Of a stretch of DNA of 64,000 nt, positions 9,919 through 18,415 are shown piece after piece. The stretch's first letter is position 1, and each line of letters starts with the position of its first letter. The notes under the pieces were generated by a model. It was not told the origin of the DNA and did no database searches. It saw only the letters and a program-made list of their open reading frames with translations. Location of the stretch: positions 1,600,001 through 1,664,000 of the forward strand of contig OZ252100.1 in assembly GCA_965248435.1 (NCBI GenBank), given 5' to 3'. The DNA is from Candidatus Latescibacterota bacterium. Its GTDB lineage: Bacteria > Latescibacterota > UBA2968 > GCA-2709665. The position numbers and the translations under genes are program-made.

Positions 9919-10647
9919 ATGTCCGCAGGACTCTCCAAAGAAGATCTCGAGCTTCTTCGTAAATACGATACGCCTACAGTCTGTAACGCGATCGAGTGTT
10001 TCAAGGTCCGCCCGCAGAACACCGGTTACATGGGCAGCCGCATCAAGTGCAACTTCCCCGAGATGCCGCCCATGGTCGGCTACGCAAGCACGGCCACCTA
10101 CCGGTCCGACCTGCCGTCCCGGGAAGGCGACGTATACGAGACCATAGACAATCAGGTCGACACCTTCAAGGACCTGCCCGGTCCGACCGTGGTCGTCTAT
10201 CAGGACCTGGACGATCCGCCCGTGGCGGCCACCTTCGGTGACGTGATGTGCAGCTGCTTCCAGGCCTTCGGGGCCGTCGGCCTCGTCACGAGCGGCGGTG
10301 CCCGTGACCTGGAGCAGGTCCGGGAGCTCGGGTTCCAGACCTTCAGCAGCGGCGCGATCTGCGCCCACGCCTATTCCCACACCCTGGAGATCAACGGCCC
10401 CGTTCGCGTCGGCGGGATCACCGTCTTCGCGGGCGACCTGATCCACGGCGATGCCAACGGCGTCACCACTATCCCAAACGACATAGCTTCAGAGATGGCG
10501 CACGTCCTGGAGGACTACGCCGCTGCCGAAGCGGTCGTGCTCAACTACGCGAAGAGCGGCTCCGTGACCCCCAAAGGCCTCGGCGAAGCCCGCGCGGAAT
10601 GCAAACGAATGATCGACGCGATCGCAGAGCGGGTCGCGAAGAAGTAG
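9919..10647 (+). CDS. RraA family / HMG aldolase-like protein
   Basis: YDTPTVCNA, GYASTA, FGDVM, GGARDL, GDLIHGDANGV. AAGGAG SD. Confidence 0.85.
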   Translation: MSAGLSKEDLELLRKYDTPTVCNAIECFKVRPQNTGYMGSRIKCNFPEMPPMVGYASTATYRSDLPSREGDVYETIDNQVDTFKDLPGPTVVVYQDLDDPPVAATFGDVMCSCFQAFGAVGLVTSGGARDLEQVRELGFQTFSSGAICAHAYSHTLEINGPVRVGGITVFAGDLIHGDANGVTTIPNDIASEMAHVLEDYAAAEAVVLNYAKSGSVTPKGLGEARAECKRMIDAIAERVAKK

Positions 10648-11895
10648 ATGCTTTTCAACAAGCCACGAGCCCTTGACTACATGGACCGCTACGGTCTCGA
10701 CGCGCTCGTCGCCACCTCGCCGGTCAACATCACCTACTTCACGGGCTACTACCTCTGGCTCGATCCTGTATTCAAGGAGTTCATGGTCTCCCCCGGAGCA
10801 TCCAGCAACCTGTTCCAGGCCTACGCGGTATTCACGGCCCGGGGCGAAACGGGACTGGTCGTCAACCCGGTCACCGCCGTGAACGCCGCCGACCTCGGGG
10901 TGAGGGACCTCTACACCTACGGGGACGCCGGCCTCGATCAGTCCCTGCCGCGCGGGACGATACCCGGCGCCTATCGGCGATTCGAGGAGCTGCTTCAAAC
11001 CTCTGGAAAGCACGAGACCCCGACAGACGCCCTTCTCGCCCTGCTGGAGGATTACGGCCTCTCGAACGCCCGGATCAGCCTGGAGACCGAGGGGCTTCCG
11101 TTCGACATGAAAGAAACCCTGCATCAGGGTTTGCGGCGCGCTTGCATCAAGGACTGCACGAACCTCATTCGCCTGATCCGCGCGGTCAAGACCCCGGAAG
11201 AGATCGTCCGTCTCACCGGCGCTGCGGAAATCAACGAAACAGCTGGAATCGAAGCGCTCCATCTCGCGCGTCCCGGGCGCTCCATCCAGGAGGTCGTCGC
11301 CCACTTCCGAGCGAAGGTCGCCGAACTCGGCGCAGATTTCGACCACTTCCTCTTCTGCCCGGAAGGTCTCGGCCTCGCCAGTGAAATCGATTACATATTG
11401 AGAGAGAACGATCTGCTCTACGTCGACTTCGGCTGTTTCTACAACTATTACGGATCGGACACCGGTACAACGCTATCGTTGGGAGAACCATCCGGCCCCT
11501 TACTCGAAAGACATAAAGGGGTGCGTGCCTCCCTCGAGGCCGGCGTCCAGCAGCTGCGGCCAGGGACGAAATCTTCGGAGGTAAGGGCCGCGATGTGGGA
11601 TACCCTCACGCGATCGGGTGTCCAGACAGCTCATCCTCACGGCCACGGCATCGGCCTCGAAGTCAGAGATTACCCCATCATCGTGCCGGATAACGGCCTT
11701 CACATCCGGGACGACTGCATCGACGTCCCTTCAGACCTCCCGTTCGAGGTCGACATGGTCGTGAACCTGGAGGTACCCGTCTACATGCCCGGCGTCGGCA
11801 GCGTGCACACCGAGCAGTCGTTCGTAATCACCGCGGACGGCTGTCGACCTTTGACGCCGCAGGACCGGGCGCATCCCGTCCAATCGGAGCCTTAG
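10648..11895 (+). CDS. Xaa-Pro peptidase (M24) family protein
   Basis: Creatinase-like N-terminus, RAVKTPEEI, VDFG..YGSD, HGHGIGL, LEVP, TEQ. Starts immediately after the upstream stop. Confidence 0.85.
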   Translation: MLFNKPRALDYMDRYGLDALVATSPVNITYFTGYYLWLDPVFKEFMVSPGASSNLFQAYAVFTARGETGLVVNPVTAVNAADLGVRDLYTYGDAGLDQSLPRGTIPGAYRRFEELLQTSGKHETPTDALLALLEDYGLSNARISLETEGLPFDMKETLHQGLRRACIKDCTNLIRLIRAVKTPEEIVRLTGAAEINETAGIEALHLARPGRSIQEVVAHFRAKVAELGADFDHFLFCPEGLGLASEIDYILRENDLLYVDFGCFYNYYGSDTGTTLSLGEPSGPLLERHKGVRASLEAGVQQLRPGTKSSEVRAAMWDTLTRSGVQTAHPHGHGIGLEVRDYPIIVPDNGLHIRDDCIDVPSDLPFEVDMVVNLEVPVYMPGVGSVHTEQSFVITADGCRPLTPQDRAHPVQSEP

Positions 11896-11906
11896 CAATA
11901 ATCCCA

Positions 11907-11970
11907 CCCCTCTCCTGCCTGCGGGAGAGGCATGTCCCGAGCCTGCCGAGGGAGGCCGGGGGTGAGGGCC
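11907..11970. repeat. CCCTCTCC...GGAGAGG...GGGGTGAGGGCC palindromic element, copy 1
   Basis: Related copies at 12783 and 13645. Confidence 0.75.
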
Positions 11971-11974
11971 ACCA

Positions 11975-12757
11975 ATGGAAAACGCAAACCCATTCAGAGA
12001 GAAGATCGCAAACGGCGATATCCTGATCGGTCCAGGCATTACCTTCTCCGATCCGACGGTCACCGAGGCCCTCTGCAACACCTTCGACTTCGTCTGGATC
12101 GACATGGAACACAACCCCCTTTCGCTCGAAGCGGTCCAGGGACATATCATTGCGACCCGGAGCAGCGATACGACCGCCCTAGTTCGCGTGACCTGGAACG
12201 ACCCCGCCATCATCAAGCCGGTCCTGGACATCGGCGCGGACGGCGTCATCGTCCCCTGGATTTGCAGCGTCCAGGAGGCCGAACGCGCCGTGAAGGCCTG
12301 TCTCTACCCACCCGAGGGCATCCGCGGCTACGGCCCCCGCCGTCCCTCCCGATACGGCCGTGAAGGGGGCGCGGAATTCTGCAGAAAGGCGAACGAAACC
12401 GTCATCGTCCTGCTTCAGCTCGAACACATCGACGCGATCAACAGCCTGGACGAGATCCTGGACATTCCAGGACTGACCGGGATCACCGTCGGCCCGAACG
12501 ACCTCTCCGGTTCCATGGGTTTAATGGGTCAACCCCAGCACCCCGACGTCGTGAGCGCAATCGAGACCGCCGTCTCAAAGGCACGTCAGAAAGACGTTCT
12601 GATCGGCATGCCGACGTTTGACGCGAACGATGCGATCCGGTGGATCGAAAAGGGCGTGCAGTGGGTCCTCGTCGACGACGACTACGGCCTCCTCACCGCC
12701 TCGGCCGATCAGATCGCAAAGGAAATATCCGACTACACGCGAAACAAAAAACTTTAG
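11975..12757 (+). CDS. HpcH/HpaI class II aldolase (GarL-like), copy 1
   Basis: WIDMEH, LVRV, VLDIGADGVIVP, YPPEGIRG, QLEH, VGPNDLSGSMG. Confidence 0.9.
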   Translation: MENANPFREKIANGDILIGPGITFSDPTVTEALCNTFDFVWIDMEHNPLSLEAVQGHIIATRSSDTTALVRVTWNDPAIIKPVLDIGADGVIVPWICSVQEAERAVKACLYPPEGIRGYGPRRPSRYGREGGAEFCRKANETVIVLLQLEHIDAINSLDEILDIPGLTGITVGPNDLSGSMGLMGQPQHPDVVSAIETAVSKARQKDVLIGMPTFDANDAIRWIEKGVQWVLVDDDYGLLTASADQIAKEISDYTRNKKL

Positions 12758-12782
12758 GCGGCCACACGAAGCTCTTTGCCTT

Positions 12783-12825
12783 CTCCCCTCTCCCACGTGT
12801 GGGAGAGGGGCCGGGGGTGAGGGCC
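12783..12825. repeat. Palindromic element, copy 2
   Basis: ctcccctctcccacgtgtgggagaggggccgggggtgagggcc. Confidence 0.78.
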
Positions 12826-12838
12826 AACAGGAGAATCC

Positions 12839-13621
12839 ATGAAAAACGCGAACGCATTCAGAGAGAAAATCAAGAACGGAATAATCTGCATAGGCTCGCG
12901 CATCACCTTCACGGATCCGACCGTGACCGAGGCGCTCTGCACTACTCTGGACTATGTCTGGATCGACATGGAGCACACCGCCTTGACCGTCGAATCCGTA
13001 CAGAGCCACATCCTAGCCACGAGAGGCAGCGACACCGCCGCCTTCGTCCGGGTCACCACGAACGATCCCAACCTCATCAAGCCGGTCCTGGACATCGGTG
13101 CCGACAGCGCCATCGTCCCCATGATCCGCAGCGCAGAGGAGGCCGAACGCGCCGTGAAGGCCTGTCTGTATCCTCCGGACGGCATCCGCGGCTTCGGCCC
13201 CCGAAGCCCTTCGGGATACGGCCAGGAAATGGGTGCGGACTTCTGCAAGAGAGCGAACGAAACCGTCATCCCCATGGTCCAGATCGAACACATCGACGCC
13301 ATCAACTGCCTGGACGAAATCCTGGACGTCCCCGGGCTCGCCGCGGTCGAGGTCGCCCCCTACGACCTCTCCGGAACCATGGGACTGATGGCACAGCCGG
13401 ACCATCCCGAGGTCGTCAGCGTCATGGAGTCCGCCATTCAGAAGTCGCGGGAAAAGGGCATCCTCGTCGGCACGACCGCATGGGACGCAGCCGGCGCGAT
13501 CAACTGGATCGAAAAGGGCGCGCAGTGGTTGATGGTGAATGACGACTTCGGCCTGATGCTCATGTCCGCGAACCGGATCGCAAAGGAAATCAGGGACTAC
13601 ACGCAGAAGAAAAACGGTTAG
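12839..13621 (+). CDS. HpcH/HpaI class II aldolase, copy 2 (tandem paralog)
   Basis: Same length (260 aa) and motifs as 11975-12757. Confidence 0.9.
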   Translation: MKNANAFREKIKNGIICIGSRITFTDPTVTEALCTTLDYVWIDMEHTALTVESVQSHILATRGSDTAAFVRVTTNDPNLIKPVLDIGADSAIVPMIRSAEEAERAVKACLYPPDGIRGFGPRSPSGYGQEMGADFCKRANETVIPMVQIEHIDAINCLDEILDVPGLAAVEVAPYDLSGTMGLMAQPDHPEVVSVMESAIQKSREKGILVGTTAWDAAGAINWIEKGAQWLMVNDDFGLMLMSANRIAKEIRDYTQKKNG

Positions 13622-13644
13622 GCAACGAGCAAGTCAAATGCCTT

Positions 13645-13751
13645 TCCCCTCTCCTGCGTGCGGGAGAGAGCTTGCCCCGGACTTGCCTGCCCCGGACCTT
13701 GATCCGGGGATCCGGGGGGTGCCTGAGCGAAGCGAGGGCGGGGTGAGGGCC
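13645..13751. repeat. Palindromic element, copy 3, with nested CCCCGGA/TCCGGGG palindromes
   Basis: cccctctcc..gggagag, then ccccggacttgcctgccccggaccttgatccggggatccgggg, ending ggggtgagggcc. Confidence 0.72.
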
Positions 13752-13808
13752 GCATTTCGAGATACGCCGATACGAGATACGATTTCTCGCAAAGAGGAGG
13801 GCGCTCAG

Positions 13809-15704
13809 ATGCCCGCTAAGAATCCCCACGAAACAATTCGCCTAACAATGGCCCAGGCCCTCGTGAAGTACCTGAAGGCCCAGTACAGTGAGCGCGACGG
13901 GACAAGCAGACGCCTGATCCCTGCCATCTTCGGCATCTTCGGGCACGGCAACGTCGCCGGTCTGGGCCAGGCCCTCGTCGAGTACGCGAGGGACCTACCC
14001 TATTACCAACCCTTCAACGAACAATCGATGGTCCACACCGCATCCGGATTCGCGAAGGCCAGCCTCCGGCTCGCCACGCTGGCCTGTAGCTCCTCCATCG
14101 GTCCGGGCGCCACGAACATGGTCACCGGCGCGGCCACGGCGACCGTCAACCGCCTGCCGGTCCTGCTTCTCCCCTCGGACCATTACGCCACTCGGCATCA
14201 GGAACCCGTGCTTCAGCAATTGGAGAATCCTGTGTCCGGCGACGTGAGCGTCACAGACTGCTTCCGTCCCGTCAGCCGCTTCTTCGATCGCATCTCCCGA
14301 CCCGAGCAGCTGCTCACCGCGCTGCCTGAAGCGATGCGGGTCCTCACCGATCCCGCCGATACGGGTACTGTGACCCTCGCGCTTCCGCAGGATGTGCAGG
14401 CCCACGCCTACGACTACCCCCTCCACTTCTTCGCGGACAGGATCTGGTCGATCGAGCGGCGAGTACCCGATCCCGGGCGCATCGAAGAAGCCATCCGCCT
14501 CCTCGAGGATTGCGATCGGCCGTTGATCATCGCGGGCGGCGGCGTGCTTTACTCTGAGGCCGGGAAAGAGCTCGAGACGCTGTCTGACCGATTAGGCATC
14601 CCTGTGGGTGAGACCTTCGCCGGCAAGGGCGCGATCCAAAACGGATCTCCCCTCCTGCTCGGCGGCATGGGCGTTGCGGGGACCGCCTCCGCGACCCGGG
14701 TCGCCAACAGCGCGGACCTGGTCATCTGCGTCGGAACCCGACTTTCCGACTTCATCACCGGTTCACATTCGCTCTTTCAAAACCCGCAGGTAAAATTCAT
14801 CAGCGTCAATGTCTCCGGGAATGATGCCCATAAGCAGGGCGCGCTGCCGATCGTTGCAGACGCGCGTGAGGCGCTGCGTTCACTCGTCGAGGCCAGCGCC
14901 GAAGCAGGGATCAAACCGAGCGAGAAATATGTCCACGAGATCGGAATCGTGAAGCAGGAATGGGAGGGAATTCTGAAGGAAGAGGTCTACAGACAGTTTC
15001 CAGGAGAGGCCATGGGTCAAGGCCAGGTCGTCGGGACCTTGAACGAAGCGGCCCACGCCGGGGATACGATCATCTCAGCGGCCGGAACAGCGATCGCAGA
15101 TCTGTTTAAATTGTGGGACGCGAGCAACAGTCGAGCCTGCCGGCTGGAGTTTGGAAACTCCTGTATGAGCTGGGAGCTGCCAGCCGGCCTCGGCACCCGG
15201 ATGGCCCAGCCGGAAGGTGAGGTTTTCGTCTTCATCGGCGACGGCGCCTATCTGATGAACCCGATGGAGATTCTCACATCGATCCAGGAAAGTTTGAAAC
15301 TCACTGTAGTCGTCTCCAACAACCACGGATACCAGTCTATTCGACTGCTCCAGATGAACCGGGTCGGTCACAGCTTTGGAAACGAATTCCGTGCCCGCGA
15401 CGAGGAAACGGGTCTGTTGGAGGGAGACTATCTGGAAATCGACTACGCCAAAAACGCGGAGAGCATGGGCGCCAGGGTGTGGAACGTCGCCACGCCCGAC
15501 GAGTTGGGAAGCGCACTGGAGGAAGCTCGCGAAGAGGCCCGGACCTGCGTCATCGTCGCCGAGGTGGAGAAACACCGCTACACGCCCGACTCCGGGGTCT
15601 GGTGGGATGTCGAAGCAGCGGAAGTGACGGAGGACGCCACGACCCGGAAGCTAAGGGTAGACTATGAAGAAAATCGCGCGAGGCTGCAGCGGTTCTATTA
15701 CTAG
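13809..15704 (+). CDS. iolD: 3D-(3,5/4)-trihydroxycyclohexane-1,2-dione acylhydrolase (TPP-dependent)
   Basis: RLTMAQALV, GIFGHGNVAG, SIGPGATN, PVLQQLE, GDGAYLM..NNHGY TPP motif. GAGGAGG SD before 13809. Confidence 0.9.
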   Translation: MPAKNPHETIRLTMAQALVKYLKAQYSERDGTSRRLIPAIFGIFGHGNVAGLGQALVEYARDLPYYQPFNEQSMVHTASGFAKASLRLATLACSSSIGPGATNMVTGAATATVNRLPVLLLPSDHYATRHQEPVLQQLENPVSGDVSVTDCFRPVSRFFDRISRPEQLLTALPEAMRVLTDPADTGTVTLALPQDVQAHAYDYPLHFFADRIWSIERRVPDPGRIEEAIRLLEDCDRPLIIAGGGVLYSEAGKELETLSDRLGIPVGETFAGKGAIQNGSPLLLGGMGVAGTASATRVANSADLVICVGTRLSDFITGSHSLFQNPQVKFISVNVSGNDAHKQGALPIVADAREALRSLVEASAEAGIKPSEKYVHEIGIVKQEWEGILKEEVYRQFPGEAMGQGQVVGTLNEAAHAGDTIISAAGTAIADLFKLWDASNSRACRLEFGNSCMSWELPAGLGTRMAQPEGEVFVFIGDGAYLMNPMEILTSIQESLKLTVVVSNNHGYQSIRLLQMNRVGHSFGNEFRARDEETGLLEGDYLEIDYAKNAESMGARVWNVATPDELGSALEEAREEARTCVIVAEVEKHRYTPDSGVWWDVEAAEVTEDATTRKLRVDYEENRARLQRFYY

Positions 15705-15820
15705 ACCCCAATTAGGATTCACAATCAACGATCACTGACCTTAGCCCTTGCCTTGCCATCGCCGCTACCCGATTTTCTCAGCGTATTCTGGGTCTCTGCG
15801 GTCTGATTTTGCGTTTTCTA

Positions 15821-15851
15821 TCCGCAATCCCAAATCCGCAATCCGCAATTG
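15821..15851. repeat. TCCGCAA heptamer block identical to 2893-2923
   Basis: tccgcaatcccaaatccgcaatccgcaattg between convergent genes. Confidence 0.8.
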
Positions 15852-15884
15852 GATGACGATCAACGAGAATCGCGGTTCTGCTCC

Positions 15885-16208
15885 TCACCCAGGCGCCGGC
15901 GCGATCCCGACCAACAAGACGACGCGTTCTGTCCCTCTATTCGTGACCCCGTGATCCACACCTGAAGGCGCCCACACCGTCTCTCCAACCCCCGCGGTCC
16001 TGGACTCCTCTCCAACGCGAAACTCCCCTTCCCCTTCCACGACGAAGTAGAACTTATCCTGTCCTTCGTGAGTATGAACGGCCTGTTCCTGACCCGGTTC
16101 GAGGCAGTTCAGGCCGAGCAGGAGTCTCTCGCTCTTGAACAGCGTAGACTTGAAGAACTTTTCTGGATTTGAACCCGTGTGATCGCGGTAGTTTACAAAG
16201 TTCGACAT
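15885..16208 (-). CDS. Cupin domain protein
   Basis: LEPGQ..HTH...FYFVVEGEG..APSGVDHGVTN. Confidence 0.85.
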   Translation of the reverse strand: MSNFVNYRDHTGSNPEKFFKSTLFKSERLLLGLNCLEPGQEQAVHTHEGQDKFYFVVEGEGEFRVGEESRTAGVGETVWAPSGVDHGVTNRGTERVVLLVGIAPAPG

Positions 16209-16286
16209 GGATAACCCCTTGAGTAGTGTACTTCCGGTACCCGGTACCCGTGTTTTGTATTCCCGGTACCCGCTCTAAACGCTTCT

Positions 16287-18386
16287 TCAGAATTCATTTG
16301 CGACGCGAAGATGCACCTTCCCCTGTCCGGGACTCTCTCCCTTTGCCAGGCCGTAGTCGAGCCCGATCTGACCCATCCGGCTCTCCAGCCGAAGTCCTGC
16401 CCCATAGCCAACCGGCAGCAGCCAGGCGCCTCCCCTGTCGGTACCCGATTCCTTCAAGGCACCCAGATCCGCGAAGAGGAACGCGCGGGATCTCCGCCCC
16501 AGCAGCAGGCGCCACTCCAGATTCATCCACGAAGCCTGTGTCGCCAGGAAGGCCTCCTCTCGGTGCCCGCGAATCGTCGCGCTACCGCCCAGTCGCAGTC
16601 GCGCTTCCGGAGGCACCCGGCCTGACTGCATCACACCCTCCGCGCGAAGCGAGACCGCCGCAACAGATCGCCCGCCTGTCGGAACAAAATGTGCAAGCAG
16701 TACCGCGAACTGCCTCCGCGATCTCCGCACCTCGCCGGTCTCTACTCGGCCCCAGTTGAGCGTCCCTTCGTATCGGGACCCGCCCTTCGGATTCCAGAGG
16801 TCATCGCGTGTATCGTATCTCACCCCGGCCTCCACTCCCCAGAACTGGCTCCCGATAACCCCTTCGAGGTCCCCCTGACCGGGTCTTACACCCTCTCGGC
16901 GCAGCCCTATTCGAAGGTTCAGATCCGGTGTCACCGCAAACGCGGCCGCACCGCCGAGTTCGTTCTCCACAAAACCGACACGCTCACGGACCGACACGTG
17001 AAACTCGCCCGACAGGGGAGTTCCGAAGGCCCAGGGCTCTCGATATCGCAGCTCGAGGTCCGAGGACTCAGGACCCCGACGCCCCCACGAGGCGTGGACC
17101 CCCCGGCCCGTCCCAAGGAAACTCTCGAAATCGAGTGAGAATTGACCCGTCAGGCCGCGGCTTGCGCCAGGGGGACCTGGCGCATACCCCAGACCCCCCT
17201 CTACTCTTCCCGCGCTGCGCTCTCGGACATCGACCACCAGTGCGGTCCGTCCCGGGAGGGAAACGCGATCCAGTCGCGGCGGCTTCACTTCCAGCAGGTA
17301 GGGCAGCCTTCGCAGAGTCTGCACGGCCCGATCCACGCGCCGCTGGTCATAGATCTCGCCCGTCTGGAGCCGCGTCTCGCGCGCGAGCACATCTGCCTTC
17401 GTCGCGCGATTCCCCGCAAAGAGGACCGTGTCGATTCGCACGAGCGGCCCCTCATCGATCTCAACACGCACCTGACTCACGTCGCTCCCAGGTCGGATCA
17501 CAACTTCCGGCCGCAGAGCGCAGTAGGGATATCCCTGATTCTCGTACAGATCGAGAACGGCCTCCAGGTCTGCCTCGAGCCGGTCCGGCAACAGCCGCAC
17601 GCCTGGACGGCTGTGCATCACCTCCATCAACGCGTCACGCGTCAATTGATGATTCCCGGTCAGCTCCACAGATTCGATCCGCGTTGGTTGCCCCTCACGG
17701 ATCGCGAACACGACCGAGGCCCGCCCGCCCGACAGCTTGACCTCCGGCCGGTGAAGCGATACCTGCCAGTAACCCGCCTCCCGGTATCCATCCAGGATCC
17801 GTTCCAAGTCTCGTTCCAGGACGCGCGTATTCAGAGCAGATCCCTGCCGGGTCAGAAGCCACTCCAGCACGCGGCCCTCAGACATCCTGTGCGCCCCCTC
17901 GATCCGCACCCGACGCACGATTTGCCCCTGGGTGGGAGTTTCGCCCCAGCTAGGTGTCTGGCCCAGGATGAGCCCGAGCGCGAGAAAACAGAGGATCATA
18001 ACGGCCCTTCTGATCAGGGCCGCGGTGTGCGACACCCTTGCGCCCAGACCCGTTCCTCCTCCCAAGGGGTTGGGGCCCTCTGTGGGACAGGGTGAGGAGC
18101 GGGGGTGGAGATGTGGGCGAATGGAAATTCGCGGGGCGGGGGCGGGTCCCACGGCGGGCATCAGGCGGGGGGAGGAGACCAAAGCTGGTGCCGAGTCCGC
18201 CCTTGCCACTGAGGGTAAGATGCCGCGGCCCGAGCCCACGCGGCGATTGAGCGGCGCCCTTCTTTTGCCTACTTTTCTTGTGGCGAGACAAGAAAAGTAG
18301 GCCGCCGGAGGCAAGAGGTTCTGGGGTGTGGCGAACAGCTTAGGGATCCAAGAGAGATAGCCACTTTTTTCTCCCAATCTGCTCAT
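16287..18386 (-). CDS. BamA/TamA (Omp85) family outer-membrane protein; start uncertain (18386 or 17999)
   Basis: POTRA-like segments (VRIEGA, IREG..TRIESVELTGN, IDEGP.VRID..FAGN), RLGGSATIRG loop-6 motif, C-terminal ..NEF. GGGGAGGG SD before ATG 18386. Signal-like MILCFLALG begins at 17999. Confidence 0.85.
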   Translation of the reverse strand: MSRLGEKSGYLSWIPKLFATPQNLLPPAAYFSCLATRKVGKRRAPLNRRVGSGRGILPSVARADSAPALVSSPRLMPAVGPAPAPRISIRPHLHPRSSPCPTEGPNPLGGGTGLGARVSHTAALIRRAVMILCFLALGLILGQTPSWGETPTQGQIVRRVRIEGAHRMSEGRVLEWLLTRQGSALNTRVLERDLERILDGYREAGYWQVSLHRPEVKLSGGRASVVFAIREGQPTRIESVELTGNHQLTRDALMEVMHSRPGVRLLPDRLEADLEAVLDLYENQGYPYCALRPEVVIRPGSDVSQVRVEIDEGPLVRIDTVLFAGNRATKADVLARETRLQTGEIYDQRRVDRAVQTLRRLPYLLEVKPPRLDRVSLPGRTALVVDVRERSAGRVEGGLGYAPGPPGASRGLTGQFSLDFESFLGTGRGVHASWGRRGPESSDLELRYREPWAFGTPLSGEFHVSVRERVGFVENELGGAAAFAVTPDLNLRIGLRREGVRPGQGDLEGVIGSQFWGVEAGVRYDTRDDLWNPKGGSRYEGTLNWGRVETGEVRRSRRQFAVLLAHFVPTGGRSVAAVSLRAEGVMQSGRVPPEARLRLGGSATIRGHREEAFLATQASWMNLEWRLLLGRRSRAFLFADLGALKESGTDRGGAWLLPVGYGAGLRLESRMGQIGLDYGLAKGESPGQGKVHLRVANEF
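18012..18326. repeat. ~300-bp dispersed repeat, copy 1
   Basis: Aligns by eye along its length with 21572-21870. Contains palindrome cttttgcctacttttcttgtggcgagacaagaaaagtagg. Confidence 0.85.
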
Positions 18387-18415
18387 GCCCTCCCCGAGAT
18401 TCCGTGAATAGCCTT

